A stretch of DNA of 64,000 nt from Chitinophaga pinensis (GTDB lineage: Bacteria > Bacteroidota > Bacteroidia > UKL13-3). Both the position numbers and the translations under genes were made by a program. The stretch covers positions 134,442 to 198,441 of the forward strand of contig CAMDHZ010000002.1 of NCBI GenBank assembly GCA_945898275.1. The letters run 5' to 3'. This document shows positions 40,542 through 50,596 of this stretch, piece after piece; position 1 is the stretch's first letter; each line of letters opens with the position of its first letter. The notes beneath the pieces were generated by a model, which searched no databases, was not told where the DNA came from, and worked only from the letters and a program-made list of their open reading frames with translations.

Positions 40542-42523
40542 TTAGGTAAAGTAATTTCAATTATGACGGTTGTACCATTATTTTTTTTGGTATCAAAAAC
40601 AATACTTCCATTTAATGATGCAATTCTGTTTTTAATATTATTTATGCCTAGGCCTTTATTATTTTCCTCCAAATCAAACCCAGTTCCATCATCTTCTGCG
40701 ATAATGAGTAGCCTTGAATTATTTTGTATTACTTGAATTGCTGCAGATTGCGCGTGCGCGTGTTTTATGATGTTATTTACAAGCTCTTGTATTATTCTAA
40801 AAATTTGAACCTCTAAATCTTTTGTAAAGGTTTCCTTTTCAATTTGATGAATGAATTTTAAATCAATATCTGAATTTTCTTTTATTTGATGGACAAAGCG
40901 ATTAATACTTTCAATTATTCCAGAATTAATTAACCCCGGCGGCAATAGGTCATGTGAAATGCTCCTAACTTCCAGACAAGCCTCATCAATTTGTTTTATG
41001 AGATTTTGATGGAAGTTTTTTGCCCTATCCATTAGAAGCACTTTTTCGTAGTCTTCTGACTGGGCATGAAGTTTTATTGCAGATAACTGGGCTCCAAGCC
41101 CATCGTGAAGTTCTTTAGCGATTCTTTTTCTTTCTCTTTCTTCTCCAGTTAATATCGACCAATACAACTCGGTCTGTTTTTTTTCCAATTCCTGTGTTTT
41201 AGTTTCAATTTGCCTGGCCAATTCATCATTTAGATTCTCTTTAAGCGTATTTATTTCTTCAAGGTTTTGTATTAATTGTAATTGTGCAAGCTCTTTATCA
41301 TTTTTATAAATTCTGAACCGATCAATTAGTGCCAAGAATAAAATAATGCATTTAAACAACAACAGGAAAACAACAAGATTATTCGTAAATATGAATTCAG
41401 GCTCTTTGTTATTTGTAAGAAAAGTCATGAATGAAATAATCGCTGTTGCAAGCAAAAATCCTAGAATATAAAACCGGGTTATTTGCACTTTTTTAAACAA
41501 GTAATAAACGCCCAGGATACACAGCGATATGTAAAAAATGACTATGAAATTATACATGATTCGAATGGAAACATTAAAAACTTCACCATTTTGCAGCATC
41601 ATGGTTAGCAAGAGCATATTCAGAATAAGAAAAACATTCAAGCTTCGTATAACATACTTATTGTAAACTTCATTTTTAAAAAATGATTTGGCAAATATGA
41701 GTCCGAAAATGATGGTGAGAATAATTGTTATTGGACCACTTTTATTTGACCATTCGCCTTGGTTTGGCCACAAGTACTGAAATGCAATGCCACTTAAAAT
41801 AGCTTGATTGATAGATAGAAAAAAAATGTATAAAGCGTAAAAATAAAATACAGAATCTCTGACAATAAATCCAAAATAGACACTTAGGAAACAAAGTAAA
41901 AATAACACTCCTAAATAGAGTCCAAATATCAGATCTTTTTTTTCTGCATGTAAAACAAATGAATTTGCCTCTAGTAGCCGCAGCGGAAAATTAAGACGCC
42001 GGCCATCTGCAATTATTTTTAACAGAATAATGTGTTTGCCTTTTTCATTAACTACAATTTCAAATAATGGATTTCTGAATGGGGTTTTTCTATTAATAAA
42101 TGGAATTTCATCTCCGGATTGGTCGGTTTTAAATAGTTTATTTTCCGCAAAATGATAAAAGTAAATCTTATCAATTAGCGTATTATCTACCTCAAGAAAA
42201 AGAGTTTTTGAGGTATTCGAGAGATGCGTAAATTCATACTTAATTACAAATTCATTTTTATATTGTTGACTCTGAATGCCAAATAGTTTAAATGGATGAG
42301 CCTTCCATTGTATACTATCGTAATTTTTAATAGGATTGTTGCAATAAGTCGTATCTATATCAAATATTATTGAACACTTATTGGCAATATTTATTGTTGA
42401 ATCTTCTCTGGAATAGGCTATTGTTTTTAATCCAAATAAAATAAACACGAGTGCGGAAATATGAATTTTCCCGCTTCTCTTTATTTCTTTAAAGTTTGAA
42501 TAAAAATGTAATAAAATAATCAA
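40538..42523 (-). CDS. 7TM-DISM sensor histidine kinase (HisKA_3)
   Basis: Extracellular DISMED2-like domain, seven TM helices (G.YLG, FQYLWP), EERERKRIAKELHDGLG, FRIIQELVNN, DDGTGF, GLG. Exact start uncertain. Confidence 0.9.
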   Translation of the reverse strand: MIILLHFYSNFKEIKRSGKIHISALVFILFGLKTIAYSREDSTINIANKCSIIFDIDTTYCNNPIKNYDSIQWKAHPFKLFGIQSQQYKNEFVIKYEFTHLSNTSKTLFLEVDNTLIDKIYFYHFAENKLFKTDQSGDEIPFINRKTPFRNPLFEIVVNEKGKHIILLKIIADGRRLNFPLRLLEANSFVLHAEKKDLIFGLYLGVLFLLCFLSVYFGFIVRDSVFYFYALYIFFLSINQAILSGIAFQYLWPNQGEWSNKSGPITIILTIIFGLIFAKSFFKNEVYNKYVIRSLNVFLILNMLLLTMMLQNGEVFNVSIRIMYNFIVIFYISLCILGVYYLFKKVQITRFYILGFLLATAIISFMTFLTNNKEPEFIFTNNLVVFLLLFKCIILFLALIDRFRIYKNDKELAQLQLIQNLEEINTLKENLNDELARQIETKTQELEKKQTELYWSILTGEERERKRIAKELHDGLGAQLSAIKLHAQSEDYEKVLLMDRAKNFHQNLIKQIDEACLEVRSISHDLLPPGLINSGIIESINRFVHQIKENSDIDLKFIHQIEKETFTKDLEVQIFRIIQELVNNIIKHAHAQSAAIQVIQNNSRLLIIAEDDGTGFDLEENNKGLGINNIKNRIASLNGSIVFDTKKNNGTTVIIEITLPK

Positions 42524-42675
42524 TTGATACTTTTATTTATATTTAATACCATGTAAGTTTTTCAAATGTAATTCCAAAATACTAATGACACTTTATCACT
42601 TATAAAAATACAACTTTGGAGGTATAGTGGCATAAGGTTTTTGATTCTTTATTTGCCTAATCAAAAACCCTTTTT

Positions 42676-43734
42676 ATGATTAAATATATTTTACTATTTC
42701 TCGTTGTAATCTCATGTTCAGTTTCACAAGCAACAGTTAGAACTGTAAACAATTACATTACAAATTCTGCACAGTTTTCAACCGTACAGCCAGCAATTAC
42801 TGCTTCCGCTACAAACGATACCATTTATTTGCATGGGTCTCCGGTTTCTTATGGTGATTTTACCATTACTAAACGATTGGTGATAATTGGAGCCGGTTAT
42901 TATCTTTCAAATACCATTAATAATTATACAACATTGGTAGGTAATATTACCATTGATACCGTATCGGTGAATCAGGCTTTAAGCGGATTAACCTTGCAGG
43001 GATTAACAATTAACGGACAAATTTCTAATGCCGGCACAGATAGGGCAAATAATGTTTTAATTGACAGATGTAAAGTGTCAAATATTACCATTACGGGTTC
43101 AAATTGGATTATAAAAAACTCATTTGGGTCTCCATCATTTGGTATTTCATCAATATCTTCCAACGTTTTAATTTCAAACAATATTTTTCAAACTCTTACC
43201 ATAAGTAATGGAAGTAGTTTAATTAGTTATGCTACTGGAGTCAAGGTTTCTAATAATGAATTAGGATTATTTTATATGAATCCTTGTTTTTATATTTTAT
43301 GTGTAAACAATATTGTTAAGAATTATACTTCTAGTGGTGCAACTTATGTTGCAAACAATACTTTCAGCAGAAATATCACCTTTACGGACGGAGGTCCATC
43401 AATTAATTTTCCACCCACTAATAATACGGGCAGTGGCAATTTTAATAACATCAATCCACTGTATATAAATTATAGCTGTCCTTGGCCAAATGCGCACTAT
43501 TCTGGTGATTTACTTAGTTATGATTTCAATTATCAGACCGGGTCTGTTGCCATTAATGGAGGAACTGATAGCACAAATATTGGCATTTCTGGTGGTCCAT
43601 ACCCAACATTAACAACTAAAATATTTGATGGTAGAACCAAAATTCCGTTGGTTACTGATGTGAACATCGAGAATGCTTATGTAAAACCCGGACAATCAAT
43701 TCAGATTCATTTTAAGGCAAGAAAAAATAATTAA
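42676..43734 (+). CDS. Secreted right-handed beta-helix-like protein
   Basis: Signal peptide; FSTVQ.AI.A...DTIYL.GS...KRLVIIG.G; Asn-rich coils (ISNNIF, NNTF); GTD..NIGI.GG; no T9SS CTD. Confidence 0.65.
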   Translation: MIKYILLFLVVISCSVSQATVRTVNNYITNSAQFSTVQPAITASATNDTIYLHGSPVSYGDFTITKRLVIIGAGYYLSNTINNYTTLVGNITIDTVSVNQALSGLTLQGLTINGQISNAGTDRANNVLIDRCKVSNITITGSNWIIKNSFGSPSFGISSISSNVLISNNIFQTLTISNGSSLISYATGVKVSNNELGLFYMNPCFYILCVNNIVKNYTSSGATYVANNTFSRNITFTDGGPSINFPPTNNTGSGNFNNINPLYINYSCPWPNAHYSGDLLSYDFNYQTGSVAINGGTDSTNIGISGGPYPTLTTKIFDGRTKIPLVTDVNIENAYVKPGQSIQIHFKARKNN

Positions 43735-43741
43735 ACCTTTT

Positions 43742-46030
43742 ATGAAGAATTGTTATCTGTTACTTCTTTTGATGTTAACATTTGGTTTCGTTGCCAGTGC
43801 TCAGCAAATTACTTATGCCGAGTATTATATAGATGCTCCAGTCCAAAATGGTTTAGGTATTTCTATACCGCTAACTCAGAATGGTGACTCAATTTCTCCT
43901 TCTTTTACAATTCCTTCAACTGGTTTAAGTTCAGGATTGCACCATATCAGCATCAGGGTAAGGAATAGTTTGGGAGTTTGGAGTATCATAGAGAACAGAC
44001 AGTTTACGATTCAAGAGGCAGACTACCCAGCTTTAAAAAATGCACCGCTAAAATCATTTGAGTATTATTTTGATTCTGATATAAATGGGACAGGAAACAA
44101 TGCGAAAATTTCCTTTACAAATTTTTCAGATAGTGTAGAATCCTCCTTCACATTTTCTACAGTTGGGTTGAACAATGGTTTGCATACCATTTATTATAGA
44201 TTTCAGGATTCATTGGGCAAATGGAGTTTGTTTGAAGGTAGAAATTTTGTTATACAAGACGATTCGTATCCAACAGAAAAGACTGCACATTTAAAGAGCT
44301 TTGAGTATTATATAGATAATGATGCCAATGGACAAGGCTCTTATCAAAGGTTCTCCCTTAATGGTTTGTTAGATTCTGTTGAATCTGTGTTGAACCTATC
44401 AAGTGTTGGACTTCCTGAAGGTTATCATACTTTATATATTAGATTTCTGGATTCACTTGGAAGATGGAGTTTGTTTGAAGGAAGAAATTTTCAAGTTATG
44501 AATCATTCGGGTTCTAAAGTTCCTTCAGGAATAGTGGCCGCTGAATATTACAAAGATTCTGATCCTGGCGCAGGCAATGGAAGTCAGATTTATAGAAGAA
44601 CGATACCAGTTGATAGTTTAATCGAAAATCATTTTATCTCTACCCTGAGCCTTAGTGCAGGAATTGATTCAATCTTTGTTCGTGTTAAAGATTCTACTGG
44701 CGTATGGTCTTTGCCTAAATTCGTCAAATTTGAGCTTTGTGCGAATTCCCCTGCAAAGGCCATCCTGTTAGGTGATAGTATTACATACACTTGTAAAGGA
44801 ATTAAATTTACTAAAAATGTCTTAGCGCTTAGTGGCGAAAGCACTTTTTGGAGAGGGCCTAATTCTTTTGTTTATATTGGCGATACACTTCAAATAAACC
44901 AATTGAATGAAACGCATTTTGGCAGGTATTACATTTATAAAGTAAAAGGTAGTACTGGTTGTGATACAAGTGAAGTGAAGATTTTTGATTTGTTGGAAAG
45001 TACGCCAATTAATCCATTGAAGTTGGGTGTTGTTTCACAACAATCTATTTGCGCTGGTGACACAATAAAACTGATTTCTCCTGTTACTGGAAATTTCAAA
45101 TACTTATGGTATAAAAATCAAAACAAATTAAGTGCAGACACCAATACCAATTCTGAACTCTTAATCTTTAATTCAGGAAATTACGGACTTCAAATTAAAA
45201 CACCTGATGCATGCATTTATGCAATGGAAGATACAGCTATAACTTTTAATCCTCGTCCAAATTTGCCTATAATTTTGGGTAAATCTGAAGGAATCGTGAA
45301 TGGCAAAGATGTGTTTACTTCAAGTTTAATAAGCTTACAGCATAATTGGTTTGCATGGAATGGCAATATTATTAGTCGAAATGATTCAAATTCAGTTGCA
45401 GTACAATGGCCTAATCTGGCTGTAAATGCAAGTATTAAGCTTGTTCATAAAAATAATTTTGGTTGTCAAAGTGATACTGGATACAAACAGGTAGGTGTTC
45501 AATTGCCCTATTTTAATTCGGATTCAGTGTTTTTAATTAACTCAAGTAATCAAAAATTGAATGTATCGTTCCAAACTAATTATAAATGGAAAACAACATC
45601 AAGCCAGACTTGGCTGCAGATTAGTAAAGATTCGATTGGTATAGCTGACACTTTTCAAATAAATGTAGATGCCAATAATCTTACTGTAGAAAGAATTGCA
45701 TTTATCAAGGTAGAAAACGAATTTTCATTCAAAATTATCAGGATAGCGCAATCTGCTGCAACAGGGAAATTAGAACTTTGGGGTTCGCCAGAAATTAAGA
45801 TTTTTCCCAATCCAAATGTGGGCTTTTTAAACATTGAAAATATCCCTGAATCAATTGAAAAGATAAGTTTAACAGATATTACAGGAAGGACTATTCTACA
45901 AGACCTGGCTCCTAAATTTGGAGAGCTATATCTAGATATACGTGAATTTCCGGATGCAACTTATTGTCTTGTTTTGGAAGATTTAGAGGGGATAAAACAA
46001 ATTTTTAAAATTATTAAAACAAAAAATTAA
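43742..46030 (+). CDS. T9SS cargo with four tandem EYYxD...G.H....R..D..G.WS Ig-like repeats, further Ig/BACON-like domains and CTD
   Basis: Repeats AEYYID, FEYYFD, FEYYID, AEYYKD; WKTTSSQTWL (BACON-like); IFPNPN CTD. Confidence 0.75.
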   Translation: MKNCYLLLLLMLTFGFVASAQQITYAEYYIDAPVQNGLGISIPLTQNGDSISPSFTIPSTGLSSGLHHISIRVRNSLGVWSIIENRQFTIQEADYPALKNAPLKSFEYYFDSDINGTGNNAKISFTNFSDSVESSFTFSTVGLNNGLHTIYYRFQDSLGKWSLFEGRNFVIQDDSYPTEKTAHLKSFEYYIDNDANGQGSYQRFSLNGLLDSVESVLNLSSVGLPEGYHTLYIRFLDSLGRWSLFEGRNFQVMNHSGSKVPSGIVAAEYYKDSDPGAGNGSQIYRRTIPVDSLIENHFISTLSLSAGIDSIFVRVKDSTGVWSLPKFVKFELCANSPAKAILLGDSITYTCKGIKFTKNVLALSGESTFWRGPNSFVYIGDTLQINQLNETHFGRYYIYKVKGSTGCDTSEVKIFDLLESTPINPLKLGVVSQQSICAGDTIKLISPVTGNFKYLWYKNQNKLSADTNTNSELLIFNSGNYGLQIKTPDACIYAMEDTAITFNPRPNLPIILGKSEGIVNGKDVFTSSLISLQHNWFAWNGNIISRNDSNSVAVQWPNLAVNASIKLVHKNNFGCQSDTGYKQVGVQLPYFNSDSVFLINSSNQKLNVSFQTNYKWKTTSSQTWLQISKDSIGIADTFQINVDANNLTVERIAFIKVENEFSFKIIRIAQSAATGKLELWGSPEIKIFPNPNVGFLNIENIPESIEKISLTDITGRTILQDLAPKFGELYLDIREFPDATYCLVLEDLEGIKQIFKIIKTKN

Positions 46031-46037
46031 GTATACA

Positions 46038-47795
46038 ATGAGAGCTTTTATTTTTCTAGGTTTACTTTCTATAAGTAATTTAGTATCTGCACAATTACCG
46101 CAGGTGGTTTCAGATATTGGTGATGTTTTTAGGTGGCAATCTGTGCTGCTAAAAAATCACATTGTTTATACCACTTATAATGAAAAAGCATATGGATATG
46201 AAAATCTGTTTTCAAGTCAGGGTAATTCTGTTGGTAATGTTAAACTTATTGATAGCGTTCTTCATTTAATTCCAGTTGCTAGCAATGAGCAGTGTTTTTT
46301 TGTCCGTAAATCAGATGAACTTTGGAAAACAAATGGTACGCTGTCAAATACAAAAATGATTTTTAAGTTGCCAGAGAATTTCACATTTTGGAGTTATCGT
46401 TTTATATCTTCTGGTGATTATCTTTACTTCCTGACAAAAGATTCCATTTATGGAGAAGAATTTTGGGTAACAGATGGAAGTGGGAACGCAAATTCTACCA
46501 AAATGCTGGGTCCTTATTTTTTAGAGACGGATCAGTTAGGTACAGCAGTGGCATACAATGGCGGTGTTTTACTGTGGGTTCAAAAAAACAATCCCTTAAT
46601 TTCTAATGATTCCAACGACCTCTATTTTTTTAACAAGGATTCCCAAAAACCGGTTAATTTAACAGATGGATTTCCTCGTTGGGGTTCTGGTTATCCAAAT
46701 GCGTCTTTAAGCATTCCTATAGTTTTTAAGACAAAAGCCTATTTTGCATTCAACCATAGCACCTATGGCATGGAACTTTTTGAAACAGATGGCACCGCAA
46801 AGGGCACAAAAGTTATTGATATCAGTCCCGGCCTCGACGACTCTCATCCCAAAGATGCCTTCATTGAATATGGTAAGTTATTTGTTTGTGCAGGCACCAG
46901 ACCAGGTATTTCAAGAAATGTTATTACCATTGATGACGGCGGAATAGAAAATATACTTCCCTTTCAAACCCTTACCCTTGATAAAGATTACGCCCTTACT
47001 CATGACGGAATTTTTCTTGAGGGCTTAAGCGATACCACAGATAATAGGGGATGGGAGTTATGGAAAACAGACGGAACTAAAGCAGGTACTTCCTTTGTTA
47101 TCGATTTAAAACCCGGTACTCAATCTAGTAATCCCAGGTATTTTAGGTATGCTGCAAATACACTTGTATTTGAAGCTAATAAAAAAGTGTATATAAGTAA
47201 TGGCACAGATAATGGTACAATGTTAATGCCCATTCAAGACAGCCTTCTAAGTGCAAGAAATTTTACAGGCTACGATGATAAAATATTTTTTGTAGGCAAA
47301 TTGGGTAAAAATGATTATCACCTGTACAAGTACGATAAGAACAGCAAAGCCGGTAAAATTGCTCCCTTAGGTGCTGAGAATGCAATTAATCCACTTGGAG
47401 AGGGAAATGGTTCTGTTGATTATGGCCATAGTTATTTATTTACCTGGAAAGGCGAAATCTTTTTTACGGCTAATTATGGACAAGGGAAAAAATTATACAA
47501 AATTGGGGCTAGTACAAGCACAGCAATCAATAATTTAGTGCAAGAGGAATCACAAGCTCAAGTATACCCTAATCCTGCTTCCTCTATTTTGAACATCCAA
47601 CTTAATGACATGGGTGAAAGTGAAATAAATTATGCTATATTTAATTTAGATGGACAATTACTTCAGGAATATCATCAAGTTAAGCTTGAGAATAATTCTA
47701 CAAGTATAATACTGGATAATATGGCACCGGGCTTGTATTTTATTATGATTGATACCGGCCAATCAAAATATTATAACCGTTTTATTAAATATTAG
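46038..47795 (+). CDS. ELWxxDGT-repeat beta-propeller protein, T9SS cargo
   Basis: ELWKTNGT, EFWVTDGS, ELFETDGT, ELWKTDGT; CTD VYPNPA...GLYFI...RFIK. Confidence 0.88.
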   Translation: MRAFIFLGLLSISNLVSAQLPQVVSDIGDVFRWQSVLLKNHIVYTTYNEKAYGYENLFSSQGNSVGNVKLIDSVLHLIPVASNEQCFFVRKSDELWKTNGTLSNTKMIFKLPENFTFWSYRFISSGDYLYFLTKDSIYGEEFWVTDGSGNANSTKMLGPYFLETDQLGTAVAYNGGVLLWVQKNNPLISNDSNDLYFFNKDSQKPVNLTDGFPRWGSGYPNASLSIPIVFKTKAYFAFNHSTYGMELFETDGTAKGTKVIDISPGLDDSHPKDAFIEYGKLFVCAGTRPGISRNVITIDDGGIENILPFQTLTLDKDYALTHDGIFLEGLSDTTDNRGWELWKTDGTKAGTSFVIDLKPGTQSSNPRYFRYAANTLVFEANKKVYISNGTDNGTMLMPIQDSLLSARNFTGYDDKIFFVGKLGKNDYHLYKYDKNSKAGKIAPLGAENAINPLGEGNGSVDYGHSYLFTWKGEIFFTANYGQGKKLYKIGASTSTAINNLVQEESQAQVYPNPASSILNIQLNDMGESEINYAIFNLDGQLLQEYHQVKLENNSTSIILDNMAPGLYFIMIDTGQSKYYNRFIKY

Positions 47796-47874
47796 AGGCG
47801 CATCAAAATAAGTGTATTGCCTCCATACTTGTATCCCAACAAAACTGTCAGTGGGTTTCTAAATCTAAAAAACA

Positions 47875-50094
47875 ATGAACACATCTAAACTTAAATTAAA
47901 ACTGTTGCTATTTTTATTAGCATCTCTTTTGCTGATTACTTGTAAAAAAGAGGAGGTACTTAAAGAGGATGAAAGCACTCCAACCACTACCACTCCAACT
48001 ACAAAAACACCTTTAGATTATGAAATCGACTATAATGTAAATATGATTTATTCGGTGATGTTGGTATCAGGTAATCATTACGCGATTGGACTAGGCAAAT
48101 CTAGTCCAACTTGGGTTGAAGGCGCTTTGGTAACCATTACGCAAGGCGATAAAGTGCTACAAAAAACAACAGGCGCAACGGGCGTGGTTAGCTTTAACGG
48201 CATCTTTAAAGGTTTGGTAGCTGTGAATATACAAAAGTCAGGGTTTACCACATTAAGTTATCTTGTATCTGCAAATGGATCTGTGGTGCAGTCTAACGGC
48301 ACACAGCTCGACTTGGCAAATCTTGTTTCTATTTTTAAGAAAGAAGACCCTACAAGCTCTGCAAGCCTCCAGGGAAGAGTTACCTATCAAAGTAACTTAA
48401 CAAACGAAACAAGAGAGCTTGTCCCTCAAAACACAAAGATTGTTGCTACCATTGATGTGGATGATCCTACTTTTAAATCAAATTATTTGAATTCGACTGG
48501 CATTCTTATACCAACTTCTTCCAATAATGGTAAAATAGTTCAGTATGCCTATGAGGCTTTTTTTTATGATACAACTGATGCTAATGGCAATTACTCCATC
48601 GCTGTGCCTGCAGGTATTGCAGGGTTGCCCTTTAAGTTAAATGCACCTGATTTAGCAGCAGATCAAGACCTTTATGAAAATTCAGGGGTATCTGGCTTTA
48701 ATAGAAAAGTTACAGTTAGAACAGTATTTAGCGCAAGCAGCACAGCAGTTCCAACTCCGGTACCATTGGCTGGTGGCGCAACAGTATTTTTTGTGACTGG
48801 GAGTGGAGCCTCGGCGTCTGCAAGCATTTCTGGCGCAGGTGAATTAGACAAAATCAATGTAACCAATGGAGGGTCTGGATATGCTTCCGCTCCTCGTGTA
48901 GTAATAACTGGTGGTGGTGGAAGTGGTGCTGCCGCTGTTGCTGTAATAGCAGGGGGTGTAGTAACAGCCATTAACCTTACATCTGCCGGTACAGGATATA
49001 CTTCTGAACCAAGTATTGGTTTAATTTCAGGTTCTGGCGCACAAATTAGCGCTACTATTGGGGGTGGATCAGCAATAAAATCAATTGTAGTGGTTAATTC
49101 AGGAACTGGGTACACAACTGTTCCCAATGTTACCATTGGCGCACCTAATTTACCAGGCGGAATCAATGCCACAGCCATTGCAAACATTAACAATGGGCGG
49201 CTTACAGGAATTACACTCACTAATATAGGTTCTGGATATACAACCATTCCAAGTATTGTAATAGACCCAGCTCCTTCAGGAGGCATAAATGCAAGTGCTT
49301 CAGCAAATCTTGCCGGGCAATCGGTTCAAACCGTAAGCATTTTAAATACTGGTTCAAACTACACAGGCGCCCCTACACTTGTTTTTTCTGAACCAAGTGT
49401 GAGCGGAGGTGTAAGAGCTACTGCTTCCGCACAAATTGATAATACAACAGGGCAAATTATTGGGATTATTTTGTTAAATGCAGGTTCTGGCTATACTTCT
49501 AATCCTACTATAACGGTAATCTCTGGATCAGGTGCTTCAGGACAAGCCATCACAAAAGGCAGATCGCTTACTGGTGTTACCATTGTTAATCAAGGAGACA
49601 ATTACGATTTTGCACCAGATGTAATCATCTCAGGCGGTGGCGGATCTGGGGCAACTGGAACTGCAAACATTACAAATGGACGTGTTACAGGAATTACCAT
49701 TACCAATCCTGGCTCAGGATACCAATTTCCGCCAAATATTAGCTTCTTCTCAGGCTCAGGTGCCCAAGCATCAGTTACAATAAACAATGGGGGTATAGCC
49801 TCAATAAAAGTTGTAAACCCAGGAAGCGGTTATGCAGGGGCACCTAGGATATTAATAGTTCCAAATGGCCCGGGCGGAGGTGCAACCGCAACGCCAGTTT
49901 ATGATGCCAATTCTAAATCTATTTCTGGCGTAACTATCACTAATGCTGGCACAGGTTTTATTGGTGGCAACGTACCATCAGTGTCTGAACCTTTCTCAAT
50001 TACACCAAGTTTATTAAGTGATAAGTTAATAGTAAGATCAGGCATGACTTATATCAGAGATATCTATTATGGAACAGGTAAAAGGGTAGAATAA
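47875..50094 (+). CDS. Surface lipoprotein with about 10 Gly/Ser/Thr-rich N.GSGY...P.V.I.GG.GSGA.A.A repeats
   Basis: Lipobox LITC followed by acidic KKEEVLKEDE; repeats NGGSGYASAP, SAGTGYTSEP, NSGTGYTTVP, NIGSGYTTIP, NTGSNYTGAP, NAGSGYTSNP, NQGDNYDFAP, NPGSGYQFPP, NPGSGYAGAP, NAGTGF. Confidence 0.8.
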   Translation: MNTSKLKLKLLLFLLASLLLITCKKEEVLKEDESTPTTTTPTTKTPLDYEIDYNVNMIYSVMLVSGNHYAIGLGKSSPTWVEGALVTITQGDKVLQKTTGATGVVSFNGIFKGLVAVNIQKSGFTTLSYLVSANGSVVQSNGTQLDLANLVSIFKKEDPTSSASLQGRVTYQSNLTNETRELVPQNTKIVATIDVDDPTFKSNYLNSTGILIPTSSNNGKIVQYAYEAFFYDTTDANGNYSIAVPAGIAGLPFKLNAPDLAADQDLYENSGVSGFNRKVTVRTVFSASSTAVPTPVPLAGGATVFFVTGSGASASASISGAGELDKINVTNGGSGYASAPRVVITGGGGSGAAAVAVIAGGVVTAINLTSAGTGYTSEPSIGLISGSGAQISATIGGGSAIKSIVVVNSGTGYTTVPNVTIGAPNLPGGINATAIANINNGRLTGITLTNIGSGYTTIPSIVIDPAPSGGINASASANLAGQSVQTVSILNTGSNYTGAPTLVFSEPSVSGGVRATASAQIDNTTGQIIGIILLNAGSGYTSNPTITVISGSGASGQAITKGRSLTGVTIVNQGDNYDFAPDVIISGGGGSGATGTANITNGRVTGITITNPGSGYQFPPNISFFSGSGAQASVTINNGGIASIKVVNPGSGYAGAPRILIVPNGPGGGATATPVYDANSKSISGVTITNAGTGFIGGNVPSVSEPFSITPSLLSDKLIVRSGMTYIRDIYYGTGKRVE

Positions 50095-50166
50095 ACAAGT
50101 AATAACCTAAATTCATTTTATTGGCAATTTGCTTTTTTAAGGATGATTGAAATGGGGTGGTAAAAT

Positions 50167-50559
50167 TTGCCTGAAAATATGATAATTAGATTTGACTCGT
50201 TTTCTTGTGATATAGTTAAATTTGACTCAATATTATATGATGAGACTATTAATTTGTATAGTTTTTTACTTAATGGGAATTCGTTCAATGATGAAGTGGA
50301 GGAAGAATTAATGATATTTGAGAATAAAACATCAAAAAATTTAGACTATATAAATAAAAAATATAATACAAATTTGGAGGTGAATGAAACTAACCACGAT
50401 TTTAATAAAGATTTATTGAAAAAACTTGAAATAATATTGAGTAAGGGTATTATTTACAAACCAGAATTCTGGACAATTTTATCTTCAGGAATGAAAATAA
50501 GATTTAATATGTTATTGGATGAAAGAAGAAATATTTTAGAAATAATTCAGGACAGATAG
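50167..50559 (+). CDS. Hypothetical protein (very AT-rich)
   Basis: 130-codon ORF with no recognised motif; may start at ATG 50179. Confidence 0.4.
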   Translation: MPENMIIRFDSFSCDIVKFDSILYDETINLYSFLLNGNSFNDEVEEELMIFENKTSKNLDYINKKYNTNLEVNETNHDFNKDLLKKLEIILSKGIIYKPEFWTILSSGMKIRFNMLLDERRNILEIIQDR

Positions 50560-50596
50560 TTTTTCTGAAAAACCATAGATAATGTGCTAATTTTCA

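Noticed and set aside
48672-49286. 204-aa antisense ORF (and 49602-49787)
   Set aside because: Shadow of the Gly/Ala/Thr-rich repeat gene on the + strand.
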